The notes under the pieces: generated by a model
Seen by the model: only the letters and a program-made list of their open reading frames with translations
Databases searched by the model: none
What the model was told of the DNA's origin: nothing
Assembly (NCBI GenBank): GCA_963806735.1
Contig: CAWEBE010000045.1
Span: 1,710 to 65,709, forward strand
Source: an uncultured Alphaproteobacteria bacterium
GTDB taxonomy: Bacteria > Pseudomonadota > Alphaproteobacteria > Rhizobiales > Hyphomicrobiaceae
Direction: 5' to 3'
DNA: 64,000 nucleotides
Shown: positions 46,429-55,475 of the stretch, piece by piece
Layout: each line of letters begins with the position of its first letter
Position numbering within the stretch: position 1 is the stretch's first letter
Program-made: the position numbers and the translations under genes

Positions 46429-47784
46429 TCAGCCCAGCTCTTCGCTCAGCGCGGACGCGGCCGCGCCAATCTCATCCACTGTGTGCTCGGACGTGAGAAA
46501 GAATCTCAGACGTCCGCCATTGATGGGCACACCCGGCGGGAAGATGGGTGAGGCAACGATGTCGCGTTCGAACAGCCTCTTCTCGCATTTACCGAGCTTG
46601 AGGGTATTGCCGATTATCACAGGCACAATACCAAATCCCTCGGCCTTGCCCGCGTCCAGGCCGGCTGAGCGGACTTGGGAGAGGAAGTATGCGCCATTCG
46701 CATGCAGGCGGCTGAGCCGCTCAGGTTCGGCTTCGAGCACATTCAGTGCCGCCAGCGCGGCCGCGGCCATCGGCGGCGGGAGGCCGACCGAGTAGACGAA
46801 GCCGGGAGCCGAATACTTCAGAATCTCGATCAGCTCTTGGTTGCCCGCGATGAACCCACCGCAGGACGCCAGCGCCTTGCTCAGGGTGCCCATCCAAATG
46901 TCGACCCTGCGCGGATCGACCCCGCAGTGCTCGGCGCACCCGCGTCCCCGAGCACCAAGAACACCGATGCCGTGAGCATCGTCGACCATCAACCAGGCGC
47001 CGTAGCGCTCCTTGATCTCGATGAACCGAGCGAGATCGGGCACGTCACCTTCGGTCGAATAGAGGCCCTCGATGATGATCAGCGCATTAGCATATTTGCC
47101 TCGCTCTTCCCGCAGAATTCTCTCACACGCCTCGGGATCGTTGTGGCGGAAACTGAGGCTGGTGGCCCCTGACAACCTGGTGCCGACGACAGCGCTGTTG
47201 TGAACTAGCGCATCATGCACGATGAGGTCATCCTCGCTCATGATTGTCCCGATCGTGGAGACGTTGGCGGCATGGCCACTGACAAACAAGAGTGCCTTGT
47301 CCACCCCGCAATATTCCGCGATTTTTCTCTCCAGCATCTCGTGCAGTGGAATCTCGCCAGCAACCATTCGGCTCGCAGAGATGCAGGTTCCGAATTGCTC
47401 GATGGCCAACCGCGCGGCCTCGGCCACGGCTGGATGCTCATTGAGGCCCAGGTAATTGCAATACGCGAAGTTCAGCCGCGGACGTCCCGCAACCACTGCC
47501 TTCGAGCCGACACGCCCCTCCTGGCGTCTGAAGAGCGGGCTTTCAAGGCCGACCAGCCTAGCGCCCTGCTCCAACTTCTTTATGTACCGATGGGCCTGCA
47601 AGTCTGAGAAAGCCTTGGCCCTGCGAGCCCGTCGAGGAGATGCTTTTTCTGCAGAACCGTTACCGGTGCTGCCCCACGTTCTGACAGCTGCGACGATACG
47701 TTTGTTCCAGGCCTCGCCCATGCGCATCACTGAATCTCCCCCGGTAGGGTTCCGAACGCCGCTACGGTTGGGGACTAAACGCAT
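46429..47784 (-). CDS. Alpha-oxoamine synthase family PLP enzyme (BioF/KBL/SPT/CqsA-like) with an ~85-aa N-terminal extension
   Basis: ..NYLGL..VSGHAANVSTIG..MVDDAHGIGVLG..GTLSKALASCGG (PLP Lys). Confidence 0.85.
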   Translation of the reverse strand: MRLVPNRSGVRNPTGGDSVMRMGEAWNKRIVAAVRTWGSTGNGSAEKASPRRARRAKAFSDLQAHRYIKKLEQGARLVGLESPLFRRQEGRVGSKAVVAGRPRLNFAYCNYLGLNEHPAVAEAARLAIEQFGTCISASRMVAGEIPLHEMLERKIAEYCGVDKALLFVSGHAANVSTIGTIMSEDDLIVHDALVHNSAVVGTRLSGATSLSFRHNDPEACERILREERGKYANALIIIEGLYSTEGDVPDLARFIEIKERYGAWLMVDDAHGIGVLGARGRGCAEHCGVDPRRVDIWMGTLSKALASCGGFIAGNQELIEILKYSAPGFVYSVGLPPPMAAAALAALNVLEAEPERLSRLHANGAYFLSQVRSAGLDAGKAEGFGIVPVIIGNTLKLGKCEKRLFERDIVASPIFPPGVPINGGRLRFFLTSEHTVDEIGAAASALSEELG

Positions 47785-48281
47785 AGGCCTCCAATAATTT
47801 CCCTTGGCCTTTCCGAAACTGCACGAACCGGCCTCGTGTCGGCCCCTGCATTGCTACGGGCTTTCCCGGCCTGCGGCGTTCCACTCGCACGACAGCCCCG
47901 CTCCAGGTGTCAGAAAGGATAGGAAGAACTTGGCGCGAACGCGTCGCCCTTTAGCCATTTCAAACATGGCCTGAACATCTGAGATTATGCCGATTGGCCG
48001 GCTGAGAGCCTGTAGGCGCGAACACCGTTAACCCCCACAAGCTCACCCTTCAAGACATCGGACGCTGACGCGCGTGCATGAAGTAGAGGCATCAAGCAAG
48101 CACGGCGCCATCCCACAATGTCTGATGAGTTGCCTTGGCCAACCCAACCACCGAGGTCAGGTCCCTCCGTCGCAACCGGACAACGGCGGTCATAATCACT
48201 TCCGATAAGTCTCACAATTTTCCGGTAGTGTGACGTCAAATAGATCACCGTGCCTCGTCTGGACTGTTCTGCGCCGCCTGA

Positions 48282-48719
48282 TCAACGGCAAATAAGAACG
48301 GCGACCGAGCTCAGCGTGACAACCCGAGCGGCCTGGCTGCCGAGTAGCGCTCGCGCAATACCGCGACGCCCGTGTGAAGCCATGACGATCAAGTCACAGC
48401 CTCGCGTCTGCGCGGTTTCGATGATCGCCTCGGCAGGAAAACCCTGCACATGTACAGTGTCGCACTTGACGCCCAGAATTGATGCTTCTTTGCGCACGTC
48501 CTCGAAAATGCGCGCGGCCGCGTCTGCGGCAGCTTTCTCGTATTCGTCAACCGGAAAACTGAAAGCTGCGCCCTCGGCTCCAACCATAGCGGTCCAAGGC
48601 TCACTTGCGTTGATGCACGTCACGCCCGCCGCAAGGGCTTTAGCGAGGCTCAATCCTGCAGCTACGGCTTTCTCGGCGAGCTCCGATCCATCAGTTGCTA
48701 TGAGGATGTGCGTGTACAT
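48282..48719 (-). CDS. Universal stress protein (UspA family)
   Basis: MYTHILIATDGSE..DLIVMASHGRRGIARALLGSQAARV.. Confidence 0.9.
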   Translation of the reverse strand: MYTHILIATDGSELAEKAVAAGLSLAKALAAGVTCINASEPWTAMVGAEGAAFSFPVDEYEKAAADAAARIFEDVRKEASILGVKCDTVHVQGFPAEAIIETAQTRGCDLIVMASHGRRGIARALLGSQAARVVTLSSVAVLICR

Positions 48720-49192
48720 GTCTAGCTACCTCGGCTGAGTTGGTCCGGATCACAGCACTTGGTTTGGCACACTAGGTGGGCTTCACAGGCGTTTCAGCCG
48801 CCGGCAAATGGGCGGGACGGCTAGTTGCCGCTGAGGGCACATGCTGAGATCCAGCGTGTCCTGTAGCCTTTTCCACGAAGTATTTCGCCGGGGTTTTCGA
48901 CCAGCTTGATGCTGGCGATCGGGTTTCGAGGAGAAATCGAGTTCACAAATGAACTGTACGGAAGCCAGCATGAACGGCCGCGGTGAGGCGCACGTGGACT
49001 CCCAGCAAAAACTGACGCGCGAATTTCGGGAACTCCGTCCACAAATCATATGGCACTGCTCACGACAGGTTTTGGCACTTTTGCGACGTTGCGATCGGCC
49101 GCGCTGACGTCCGATCATGGGGCATGAGCGGACCAAAGATCCGACGCGACCTAGGGTTGCTAGCTGTTGATCAAAGCCGCCAAGTTATGAGT

Positions 49193-49657
49193 TCACGGCC
49201 TAGGGCGACGCTTGCCGACGCGCGCCAGTAGGTCCATTACACCCACTGTCCACTGCTCATCCGCAGCAACCTCCTGGGCTTCGAGGCGACGATAGGTCGC
49301 CCAGTGCATGCCACGCGGCCGGGGCGGGAATTCCTCCATCAGGCAGGCGGAGCCGCCGAGCCGCCGCCGGATCTTGCGGGCGCGTCGGTTGGCGCGCTGG
49401 GCACGGCTTTCGAATTGGGACTCATACGACAGGCCATGGCAGAGCCGGCAGCGGAAACGAGGCCCGTACAGGATGCGACTGCGACGAGTGCATCCGGGAC
49501 ATTCGAACCATCGGCGTAAGCCGGCTAGCGATGTCTTTGTCGACCGAAGGTTCACGACCTCATCGACAGCGACGGCTGAACCTTCGCCTGTCACCAGCTG
49601 GTACGACAGATTCAGGCTTGCAGTAGCCGCGCGGACGGTGACCGCGCCCATCCTCAC
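49193..49657 (-). CDS. Zinc-ribbon protein of the PRGMHWATY family (intact copy), function unknown
   Basis: ..WFECPGCTRRSRILYGPRFRCRLCHGLSYESQFESRAQRANRRARKIRRRLGGS..EEFPPRPRGMHWATYRRLEA.. Confidence 0.6.
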   Translation of the reverse strand: MRMGAVTVRAATASLNLSYQLVTGEGSAVAVDEVVNLRSTKTSLAGLRRWFECPGCTRRSRILYGPRFRCRLCHGLSYESQFESRAQRANRRARKIRRRLGGSACLMEEFPPRPRGMHWATYRRLEAQEVAADEQWTVGVMDLLARVGKRRPRP

Positions 49658-49836
49658 CTCTCCTTGCGACCAGGTGATCGAGCCTGAACATCCAGGCTGA
49701 AGAAGATCTCGACGCCCAAGGACGGCGATGTCCAGCGCCAGGTAACCTTCAGTCGTCCTGCGCTGATAGCGCTGCCGTCGCCCGGAGCCAAAGCCACCCC
49801 AAGACCAGTCTCGTCGCGTTCACGTGGACAGAGACG

Positions 49837-50271
49837 ATGCAGAAGCTGGAGCCGGTCGGCATCGACCGCTGGCCCTACGAGCTTGCACGCAAATACGGCA
49901 TTCGAGACGCGCTCACGTGTTGTGTGGGCCAACGCTGGCTCGTGGCCTACTGGTCCAACCAAGTCCTCTGCAATTTGCTGACACACCCGCTGCGGATCCT
50001 TCTCATCGCCGCTGCCGCTTTTGCCGCGTTGCGATTCGAACAGGTGGTAGGGGACCCCAGACAGTCTGCGGATCAGCTTTGCATAACGCCTCGGGAGCTT
50101 GCCGTTTTGCGCTTGGCCTCGTTGGGGATGGGAGGCAGCGAAATCGCCAAACGGCTTGGTATCGGCGAGGAGACGGTGCGCAGCCACCTCAAGAAGGTGC
50201 AAGTCAAGCTCGGTGCTCGCAACCGCTCACACGCGGTGGCGGAAGCAATCCGGCAGCAGCTCATCCCTTGA
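49837..50271 (+). CDS. LuxR/GerE-type HTH regulator (short; possibly a truncated LuxR-solo)
   Basis: ..ITPRELAVLRLASLGMGGSEIAKRLGIGEETVRSHLKKVQVKLGARNRSHAVAEAI. The N-terminal ~85 aa is too short for a full autoinducer-binding domain. Confidence 0.8.
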   Translation: MQKLEPVGIDRWPYELARKYGIRDALTCCVGQRWLVAYWSNQVLCNLLTHPLRILLIAAAAFAALRFEQVVGDPRQSADQLCITPRELAVLRLASLGMGGSEIAKRLGIGEETVRSHLKKVQVKLGARNRSHAVAEAIRQQLIP

Positions 50272-50399
50272 ACTGTGAACTGCCAGCAAGGCACCAAGCT
50301 GCGTGCATAATTATTAAGCTTGCCGATCCGCTCGGCTTGCAGTTCCAAACTTGCCCCGGCTTTCTTGTCAGGCCCCTTTCCTGTGCTAGGAGGTTCGCC

Positions 50400-50663
50400 A
50401 TGCGGAAGCTGGTTGCAGTCGCCATCGCACTGACCGTCGTCACATTCACCGGCGGCGTTGCGCAGGCAGGCGGCTTGCATCGTCACAGTCCGCCGTGCCC
50501 GGACGTCAAGTACTGGCATCTGTCTCCCAAGGCGTATGCGCAGTGGAGCGAGTTCGGTCTCTTCAGGGGCAGCTGGCACGAGCGGCACAAGGTCGTGAAG
50601 CGGCAACGAGGCCTCGTCGTCGTGAGGGAATGGAGACCGTTCCCGCCCTGGCGCTGCGCCTGA
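50400..50663 (+). CDS. 87-aa secreted protein (hypothetical)
   Basis: AGGAGG SD 7 nt upstream. MRKLVAVAIALTVVTFTGGVAQA signal. Trp/His/Arg-rich mature part. Confidence 0.5.
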   Translation: MRKLVAVAIALTVVTFTGGVAQAGGLHRHSPPCPDVKYWHLSPKAYAQWSEFGLFRGSWHERHKVVKRQRGLVVVREWRPFPPWRCA

Positions 50664-51362
50664 CTGCAATAGACCTTGACCGACCACCGGCCAGTGCACC
50701 TCATGCGCGCTCCGACGACGGGCCAGTGTAGATCAGTTCGCAATTGAGGACGCGGAAGTTGCACGAAGGTGGTGGTAACGAGCGCCTGAACGACCTGCCT
50801 CTGCGGCCTTTTTCTTACGGAAAATCCTGCGTCCATACCTGCATCCGTTGTGTGAGTGCGAGGCCTTCCTTCCGATACCCCTCCCCCAAATCGCGGAGTG
50901 GCGGCGCGGTGACACCCACGCTCCGCTCGTCGCCCAACAACATGAATTGCTGCGAGATCCTCCTAGCATGTGCCACTTGCGGCTGCTTTCCGCGTGACCC
51001 GCATCCGCGGTGCTGCAGCCATTGGGGGACGGTCAGTCCTGGTGGGCACCCCGCTACTCTGGGACTGATCCCCTTTCCCTCTCCACGCTCAAAGCCCTGA
51101 TCGCGACAAGCGCCTGAATCTGGGTGCCATTATGAAAGACCGACGCGCCCCGAGGCTCCCGGCGGTACCGATTACCTCGCCTTCCATTCGGCTGCGTTAA
51201 CCACGGCAGCGACGAACGGTGGAATCTCGGGGAACGAGTTGGCGCGCCATCCAATTTTGTCTCACGCGCCGCTCCTTCGTCCCTGACCTCGGGGGCGGAC
51301 GCGGGGCGAGCAAGCTCCACGTTGAAAAACGCAACTGCTCCACGCAAGCTGGGACTCTCAGA

Positions 51363-51815
51363 ATGAAATTGATAGGTCTGTTCGCGGCGGTGCTCATCCT
51401 GCTCGGTATGAGTGCGCCAGATCTCGCTGCTGCTAGCGGTGTCTCCAGGACTAAGACTGCCGATGCAAAGCCCTACGCACGATCCCATCGCGCCACGCAA
51501 AAGGCCCGAGGCAACACCCGCAGAACGGGTTCCGGGCTTATTGGACTGGCTTCCTACTATCAGCGAGGGCAGCGTGTTGCCTCGGGTGGTTATTTCAACC
51601 CCAGCGCCATGACGGCTGCCCACAGGACGCTGCCATTCGGTACGCGCGTTCGCGTCACCCATCAGGCAAGCGGTCGCATCGTCGATGTCCATATCAATGA
51701 TCGCGGACCGTTCATTGCCGGCCGCATCATCGACCTCTCCAAGGCGGCAGCTCACGTCATCGGCTTGACGGCAAGTGGCATCGCTCGTGTCAGCATCACG
51801 ATACTCGGCCGCTGA
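51363..51815 (+). CDS. RlpA-like double-psi beta-barrel (lytic transglycosylase-like) lipoprotein/secreted protein
   Basis: ..[57 protein letters not shown].. Confidence 0.85.
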   Translation: MKLIGLFAAVLILLGMSAPDLAAASGVSRTKTADAKPYARSHRATQKARGNTRRTGSGLIGLASYYQRGQRVASGGYFNPSAMTAAHRTLPFGTRVRVTHQASGRIVDVHINDRGPFIAGRIIDLSKAAAHVIGLTASGIARVSITILGR

Positions 51816-51931
51816 ACAATCACGACCGGCCACGCCTTATGAGCCAATCGCCAAGGACGTGGGGGAAGCCTAGTGCCAGGGCTCCCCCAAACGGGGGGAT
51901 CCCCTGCCGCTGGCAGATGATCTTTGCACGT

Positions 51932-52032
51932 CGGAGAGGCACCTTTTCTCCGTCGTGCACAGCTCGCTCGCATTTCCGTTTTTGGGGTAAACAAGACGTG
52001 CTGAACCAACGAGCACGACGGGAGAAGATGAC
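51932..52032 (+). repeat. Structured dispersed repeat, copy B (complete core)
   Basis: TTCTCCGTCGTGC (51946-58) can pair with GCACGACGGGAGAA (52013-26), enclosing ~55 nt. Same core at 61097-61188. Partial copies at 13880-13968 and 60035-60065. Confidence 0.75.
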
Positions 52033-52126
52033 GCTGAGCGGAAGTCGCGCCGCCACCTGTCCTCCATTGGGCAGACCAGATTGCCGCGCAACTTCCGGTT
52101 CAGCCGCCGTCCATAGCCGTACGGCG

Positions 52127-53317
52127 TTAGACCTTGACTAGGAGCGCGGTCACGTACATCACCCCAATCCCGAGCGCCAAGCCGCTCATCAAGGCCGGGC
52201 TCATAGCTTCGGCCAAACCACCCCGGCTCCGCATAACGTAGGCGCTAACTTCCACGACAACCTGCAAGATTGCTCCGGCGCCGATGGCGAGAGCGAATGC
52301 GGCCCAATGCGGTGTGAGTGCCAGGCTGCCGAGCCACATGCCAAGGATTGCAGGCGCGCCGGCAAGCAAAGCCAGAGCGACAAAGGTCATCAGCGATGGC
52401 CGGGACTTGAGCATCGGTGCAGCAATGCCGATGCCTTCGGTAACGTTGTGCAGAGTAAAGCCGAGCACCAGAAATGTACCAAGGCTTGCGGCCCCAGCCG
52501 CGAACGCAGCGCCGATGGCAAGCCCTTCGCCCAGATTGTGCAAACCAATCCCTAGGGCGATGAAGGTCGCCAGGGCGACGCCGGTCGGCGCCCCCTGCCG
52601 GCGTCCGATCACCAAGAGTCCCAGAAACGAAAGCAGCGCGACGAGCGCCACCATCACATGGCCTTGAAAGGCTACCGCCGTGCGTCCGGCGAGCTCGAAA
52701 GCCTCCTTCATCGTGTCCACAAGCAGGAACACGAGCAGCCCGACAGTGAGCGCCATGACAAACGTAAGGCCTTCGCTGCCGAGCCGCCGCATGGCCGGGT
52801 AGAACATCAAGCCGATTGCCACAGGCAGGATGCCGACGAAGGCGCCGACCAAGGCTTGGGGTTGCAATTGGTTGCTGTGCGCCTTGGGCGTGGGCACAGC
52901 AACAGCGATCTCATGCTCGAATGTGGTGCCAGTCTTGGTGACGACCTTGACCTTGTGCGCTTCCCCCAGCACCCAGGGATATGGAATGTGCAGCCAAGCA
53001 GACGCCACGCGGGCAAGCTCGCCCGCGGGATCTTGCGTGAATGTCCAGTACGCCTCATCGACCTGGACTTGGGCAATGCTCATCGGCTCGGAGCCGCCAG
53101 CGCGCACTTTGAGGTGAATGCCGTTCTCGTCGAGCACGCGGCGCTCAAATGTCAGCTTCTCGATCGGCGGCGCCCCGTTGTCGAACATGCGCAATGGTTC
53201 GGCCACGAAGAGCCACGCCGCAGCCAGACCGAAAAGAAACAAGGGCACAACCATCCAAAGCGCCTGAAGGGGGTGAGCGGCCTTCTCGTGGAGCTCGGAG
53301 GTGCTGCTGTCATTCAT
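52127..53317 (-). CDS. ZIP-family metal transporter with a ~180-aa N-terminal extra domain
   Basis: GLHNLGEGLAIG and LHNVTEGIGI motifs. Start chosen at MNDSSTSE (ATGA overlap with the oxidase stop). Confidence 0.85.
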   Translation of the reverse strand: MNDSSTSELHEKAAHPLQALWMVVPLFLFGLAAAWLFVAEPLRMFDNGAPPIEKLTFERRVLDENGIHLKVRAGGSEPMSIAQVQVDEAYWTFTQDPAGELARVASAWLHIPYPWVLGEAHKVKVVTKTGTTFEHEIAVAVPTPKAHSNQLQPQALVGAFVGILPVAIGLMFYPAMRRLGSEGLTFVMALTVGLLVFLLVDTMKEAFELAGRTAVAFQGHVMVALVALLSFLGLLVIGRRQGAPTGVALATFIALGIGLHNLGEGLAIGAAFAAGAASLGTFLVLGFTLHNVTEGIGIAAPMLKSRPSLMTFVALALLAGAPAILGMWLGSLALTPHWAAFALAIGAGAILQVVVEVSAYVMRSRGGLAEAMSPALMSGLALGIGVMYVTALLVKV

Positions 53318-54252
53318 GTCGTTGCCTCCACGACATCGAACATGCCCATCCAACCGAGCTCCGTGAACTCGGATTGATGGGCATGAAACATGTAATGACC
53401 GGTCTCGTGATCCTTGTACGTGAACTCGACAATGCCGCGTTGGGCCTGGCACTGCATGACGGTATCAATCGTCCGTAGCGTTGGCGTGAGTGTCGTTCCG
53501 TGATCGTAGTAGTCGAAGAAATTGCCATGCAGATGGAGTGAATTGATCGGGTCGAACTCGAGGATGTTGATCAGATAAAGGCGTACGGGCTTGCTGCGAA
53601 TGACACGGATCGGATGCTTCGAGAAGTGATGTGCCACGGTATTGACGGCGTAGATTTCGTTCTCACCATCGAAGTTGGTGTCGAACCCGTTCATCACCAT
53701 GACGAACTCTTGCCAATCGGTGTTCTCGGCAGTGCCGAGCAGGCGCGAACGGGCTACTCCGGCGTGCTCCGGGTGACGGCTCGGATCGGGATCGATGATG
53801 AATGCGCCGTACATGCCCTTGTGCAAGTGCCGTTTCAACGGCAGAGCGTGACAATGATACAAGTGGCACCCGAACGGTAGGGCGTCGAACTCGTAGACAA
53901 ATTCCTCACCCGGGCCGATGACACCAGCGCCAAGCACGCCATCCATACGGGCCGAGTGGATGCCATGAAAGTGCATCGAGTGCGGATGCGAGCCGTGGTT
54001 CCGGAACACGATGCGCACGCGGTCTCCCTCGGTCACCCGCAGCGTCGGTCCCGGTACGCGGCCATTGTAGGTCCATGCCGGAAAGAAGATACCCGGTGCT
54101 ATCTCGATCTCTTTGTCCACTCCGGTGACTTCGAAAGTACGCAGAGTTCTACCATCGGGCTGCCTTGACACCTTCCCCACGTCCCAATCGGACAACAGTT
54201 TGGTGGGATCAAAGCCATTCTTGGCGATATCGACATCGCCAACTGTGATCAT
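53314..54252 (-). CDS. Two-domain multicopper oxidase (small laccase / NirK-like fold)
   Basis: Copper ligand motifs HSMHFHG, YHCHALP, LHLHG, HAHQSEF. 312 aa with no signal peptide in this frame. Confidence 0.85.
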   Translation of the reverse strand: MITVGDVDIAKNGFDPTKLLSDWDVGKVSRQPDGRTLRTFEVTGVDKEIEIAPGIFFPAWTYNGRVPGPTLRVTEGDRVRIVFRNHGSHPHSMHFHGIHSARMDGVLGAGVIGPGEEFVYEFDALPFGCHLYHCHALPLKRHLHKGMYGAFIIDPDPSRHPEHAGVARSRLLGTAENTDWQEFVMVMNGFDTNFDGENEIYAVNTVAHHFSKHPIRVIRSKPVRLYLINILEFDPINSLHLHGNFFDYYDHGTTLTPTLRTIDTVMQCQAQRGIVEFTYKDHETGHYMFHAHQSEFTELGWMGMFDVVEATT

Positions 54253-54449
54253 GTTGCCGTGTGCGGCATGATGAGGAGCAGACGAGGACTACGATCAGCT
54301 GCTGCCCCTCCATGTCCGGAATGCGGCGCCCCTTGCGAGGCTGGGCGACTGGAGAATGTCGCCGTACCGAGCAGAGATCCGCCGGAGAGGGCCGCTCCAC
54401 CGTAGAGCAAACTGCGTCGATCGAGCTGCCGCCGAAGCCATTTTCGCAT
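54249..54449 (-). CDS. 66-aa ORF carrying a twin-arginine signal peptide, probably the displaced N-terminus of the oxidase
   Basis: MRKWLRRQLDRRSLLYGGAALSGGSLLGTA.. (RR plus hydrophobic stretch). Ends in an ATGA overlap with the oxidase ATG. His-rich ..PHHAAHGN precedes that ATG in the oxidase frame. Confidence 0.5.
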   Translation of the reverse strand: MRKWLRRQLDRRSLLYGGAALSGGSLLGTATFSSRPASQGAPHSGHGGAAADRSPRLLLIMPHTAT

Positions 54450-54482
54450 CGCACATCCCCGATCTGATCTTGATTTTAAGAA

Positions 54483-54495
54483 TTATTTGCAATAA
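54483..54495. promoter_or_regulatory. Candidate Fur-family operator (perfect TTATT-TGC-AATAA palindrome)
   Basis: Lies in the only AT-rich stretch (54461-54510) of the divergent intergenic region between the oxidase operon and the Fur-family gene. Confidence 0.3.
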
Positions 54496-54521
54496 CGCTC
54501 GAATGTCAAATCACACTCGGA

Positions 54522-54995
54522 GTGGCCGTGCCCTTATCCAGGTTGGGTTTGATCGAGCGCCGATGTGCTGAGCACAAGCTGCGGATGACCGGGCAGCGAC
54601 GCGTCGTCCTGCGCATTCTGGCCGACGCGACGGACCACCCCGGCGTCGCTACGCTGCATCAACGCGCTCGGACCATCGATTTGCGCATTAGTCTCTCCAC
54701 CGTGTATCGGATCGTTGGCGCCTTAGAGGCGATCGGCGTGCTTCAGCGCCGCGAGTTTGCAGATGGACTGGCGCGCTATGAGATTGCGTCGCGCCGACAT
54801 CATGACCATCTGGTCGATGTGATGACCGGGCGCATCATCGATTTTTCGTGTGCGGAGATCGAACGATTGCAGGCTCGTGTGGCCCGCCGTCTCGGGTATC
54901 GCATCGTCAATCACCGCCTGGACATCTATGTCAAACCCATTCAATCGACCAAGGCGAGCAGGCTGCATCGGCGTAGCGGGGGATTGAATGAATAG
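54522..54995 (+). CDS. Fur-family metalloregulator
   Basis: ..RMTGQRRVVLRILADA.DHPGVATLHQRA......ISLSTVYRIVGALEAIGVLQRREF....RYE......HHDHLVD... Confidence 0.85.
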   Translation: MAVPLSRLGLIERRCAEHKLRMTGQRRVVLRILADATDHPGVATLHQRARTIDLRISLSTVYRIVGALEAIGVLQRREFADGLARYEIASRRHHDHLVDVMTGRIIDFSCAEIERLQARVARRLGYRIVNHRLDIYVKPIQSTKASRLHRRSGGLNE

Positions 54996-55157
54996 TCATT
55001 GTTGACAACCACCTCCCGGCGAGATGGTGGAGCACGCCGCTGCAATTGAAACCTCCCCCAAACGCCGTCCTACTTCCGGGAAGCGGCCTCGACTTCAGAG
55101 CGGACAAGATCGACGAGTTGACGTTGTCCGAAGGACTGCAGAGGCTTGCGCCGACAG

Positions 55158-55203
55158 TTCTCGGCCGAGGACAAGATCCGCATCGTGCTCGAAGGCCTGC
55201 GGC
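55158..55203 (+). mobile_element. 46-nt remnant of an IS3-family orfA
   Basis: TTCTCGGCCGAGGACAAGATCCGCATCGTGCTCGAAGGCCTGCG matches 10203-10248 of the intact IS with 2-3 mismatches. Confidence 0.6.
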
Positions 55204-55475
55204 GTAGCGCGTCCCTTTCCACATTTCCAACGTCTCCTTGCCTCTTGTGCACTCCCGTTCGATGCGAAGGCACCATTTCTCGTGCATCTGAACCGGGCCG
55301 GATTTGCCGTTCATGAGCAGGATGATGAGGGCACGGCAGCGATCGTGCGCACAGCCGGTGTCAGCAAGACACAGTCTGGCGCTGCCCCCATTGTCCGCCC
55401 TCTAACCAAGCACTTGACCAGACGAACGCCTGCTGACCTGATGAAGGCGCGGAGGTACGTCGGGAGGCAAGGCTG

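Noticed and set aside
48740-48753. FixK/FNR-like box TTGGTCCGGATCAC upstream of the USP gene.
   Set aside because: It has two mismatches to TTGA-N6-TCAA. It also lies only ~25 nt from the start codon, too close for an activator site centred near -41.5.
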